Source of the DNA: a virus
Length of the DNA stretch: 64,000 nucleotides
Strand: one strand, 5' to 3'
Virus record (IMG/VR): IMGVR_UViG_3300015371_000021
Span: 8,190 to 72,189 of that record
Numbering within the stretch: position 1 is the first letter of the stretch; each line of letters begins with the position of its first letter. Positions 63,601 to 64,000 of the stretch are shown piece by piece. The notes beneath the pieces are model-generated. The model saw only the letters and a program-made list of their open reading frames with translations. It was not told where the DNA came from and ran no database searches. The position numbers were made by a program, and so were the translations under genes.

Positions 63601-63796
63601 GCCGACCAGTGCCGCCATCGTCGGCACCCGCCGGCTTATTGATCAGCGCAAGATCGAGATGTCCGGGATAGGTGTAAATCTGATCGACGTAAGGCGACTG
63701 CGTGGTCCACCACGCGTTGCCACCGTCGTCATAGCTCTCACGGTTCCAAAGAGTGGAATTGAACGAAGTAAAATTGTCGATGAAAGTCTGTGCCAT
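60680..63796 (-). CDS. Multidomain protein: degenerate GH16 + poly-Pro + degenerate GH39-like barrel + GH16
   Basis: SGLIDT..FTQQYGYWE...HTLGVNWT...FYRD; LKAVNPNYRIWGP; C-terminal WPAWW...EYDMAE. Confidence 0.8.
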   Translation of the reverse strand: MAQTFIDNFTSFNSTLWNRESYDDGGNAWWTTQSPYVDQIYTYPGHLDLALINKPAGADDGGTGRQFLSGLIDTFNAPSNFTQQYGYWEFTVAVDRVPGLIWEVQILTTPTAGRSWQAFLFYIWTDSSGVQHTLQGCTGNGATFEITSNDGYDARQIHTLGVNWTSSRVQFYRDRALVVDFPNPGGEFQGAGPFYHKTACQTGYGPLSSNANPSSLPAYAHLYKCTVDTVLPFTPGSPPPPPTPPPPTPPPPTPPPPTPPPPVPVPPPPAPPPPQAAGQYVVSVRDAARTAITATSNVFFVGTGPAPPPPSPPPAGPPPTPPPPPPGANASVDWSTGTGKTLQKTIWGFRSSIFGQNFANATFRTTVNNFLKPALISINSDWALDRKVAAGDMTDINNLVPFIAGFSQPGVRGIMGVANKIGDGSASTLASRAATLATWLNNNGYGAMFMDFAIGSIWMDDGGLGNGEGQSQGTVNTYFNTIFDALKAVNPNYRIWGPAQWNPGFGANSSFASAVGSGRAPNVGVPWMDFPVNPVNGPVGVPIADSLTTAYGPKGYNSGKSATQRNALVGTPLANVPLGVIDWNMSEFANETGHYMGGVFAALYLLGCFKGTTGFEVGALENINNMGVIGAVGNPAQGGSNSAVSAFGYVLGKAGQSVFGPEFTSSTTFPDMAIVAVKPTTNTGAIMLVNYNLTTNRTVNLAQSGVGFSGTVARWEIGKSSSGAPTSPVPANSNQTSLATISVPSETVVILTGNLGTAPPPTPPPPPPSSGAPPQAVAVGYTMRTHGPAITLGTNWFVSQQTASQNSDGSVFLSQDVYHFNENIASDHMLPNGNIGGVAFGGGAYFEADFSMANPPPESGKGGPGWPAWWLNAAESVGYNNLASLSNNQNLEYDMAEFLVVSNSVFSTGPIHWYTGGNYSDLTAGFPNGNLTVPNPGSNTFGARHKYGLLWVPATATTQGYSKLFYDNVEVGRTHTWDRYGGGTVPGQAGCPPFSIFDLQHCRLLIGANAGNALTVYTITVWQRNDASNIRVGVPLPP
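62975..63088 (-). repeat. Poly-proline minisatellite (TPPPP)n
   Basis: 15-bp units such as GGCGGAGGCGGCGTC encoding SPPPPPTPPPPTPPPPTPPPPTPPPPVPVPPPPAPPPP. Confidence 0.9.
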
Positions 63797-63826
63797 GTGC
63801 TGTCCTAAGTCGGCATTAGGTGTGGC

Positions 63827-64000
63827 TCACGGCGGCAGCGCCACGCCAACGCGGATGTTCCTGCTGTCGTCCCGCTGCCATACAGAGAAGGAATGCAGAG
63901 TAAAGGCATTTACGTTGGAGGTCCCCCACATAATTCGGCAGTGCTGCAGATCGATAATCGATCCAGGAGAGTTGTTCGCCTGACCCGGCGTGCTGCCGCC
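63827..64000 (-). CDS. Third GH16-like paralog (5'-partial)
   Basis: Hand-translated GGSTPGQANNSPGSIIDLQHCRIMWGT...SVWQRDDSRNIRVGVALPP matches the C-terminus of 60680-63796. Confidence 0.85.
   Translation of the reverse strand, partial: GGSTPGQANNSPGSIIDLQHCRIMWGTSNVNAFTLHSFSVWQRDDSRNIRVGVALPP

Larger units (their letters stand above)
1..64000. mobile_element. Bacteriophage/prophage genome segment (podovirus-like Caudoviricetes)
   Basis: Terminase, portal, scaffold, major capsid, tail and ejection genes in one co-oriented operon, plus primase-helicase, VRR-NUC and SSB-like genes. No tape measure, sheath or host housekeeping context seen. Confidence 0.95.

Noticed and set aside
59475-64000. 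Repeated gene 3' ends as a diversity-generating retroelement (TR/VR)
   Set aside because: Differences are not adenine-specific, all copies are coding, and no reverse transcriptase is seen.
1-64000. Integrase/att sites, tRNA, rRNA, DNA polymerase
   Set aside because: None recognised by eye in this window; they could lie outside it.

Overview
The whole window looks like most of a GC-rich, short-tailed (podovirus-like) dsDNA phage or prophage genome. The host is probably an alphaproteobacterium, possibly Acetobacteraceae-like (inference). A leftward morphogenesis operon runs from about 64000 to 13679: three GH16-like proteins, terminase large subunit, 2OG-Fe(II) oxygenase, portal, GroES-like protein, scaffold, major capsid, tail/adaptor proteins, fibres, ejection proteins with a lytic transglycosylase, a GH5-like protein and a holin. 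An oppositely oriented glycosyltransferase + DNA methyltransferase cassette interrupts it. The left arm holds early/regulatory genes (HTH regulator, SSB-like), VRR-NUC, primase-helicase with an iteron-like origin, a TerS-like gene and a phage-borne tatA. The most unusual signals are: (1) a prolyl-hydroxylase-like enzyme and a GT-A glycosyltransferase in a genome full of extensin-like poly-proline linkers; (2) several structural-module proteins with export signal peptides, plus tatA and a twin-arginine peptide; (3) glycoside-hydrolase folds with catalytic residues replaced; (4) a recurring RAxGG motif that bounds duplicated modules in internal virion proteins; (5) a covarying GGG-CGU-CCC hairpin in the leaders of late genes. 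All family assignments come from motif recognition by eye; no database searches were run.
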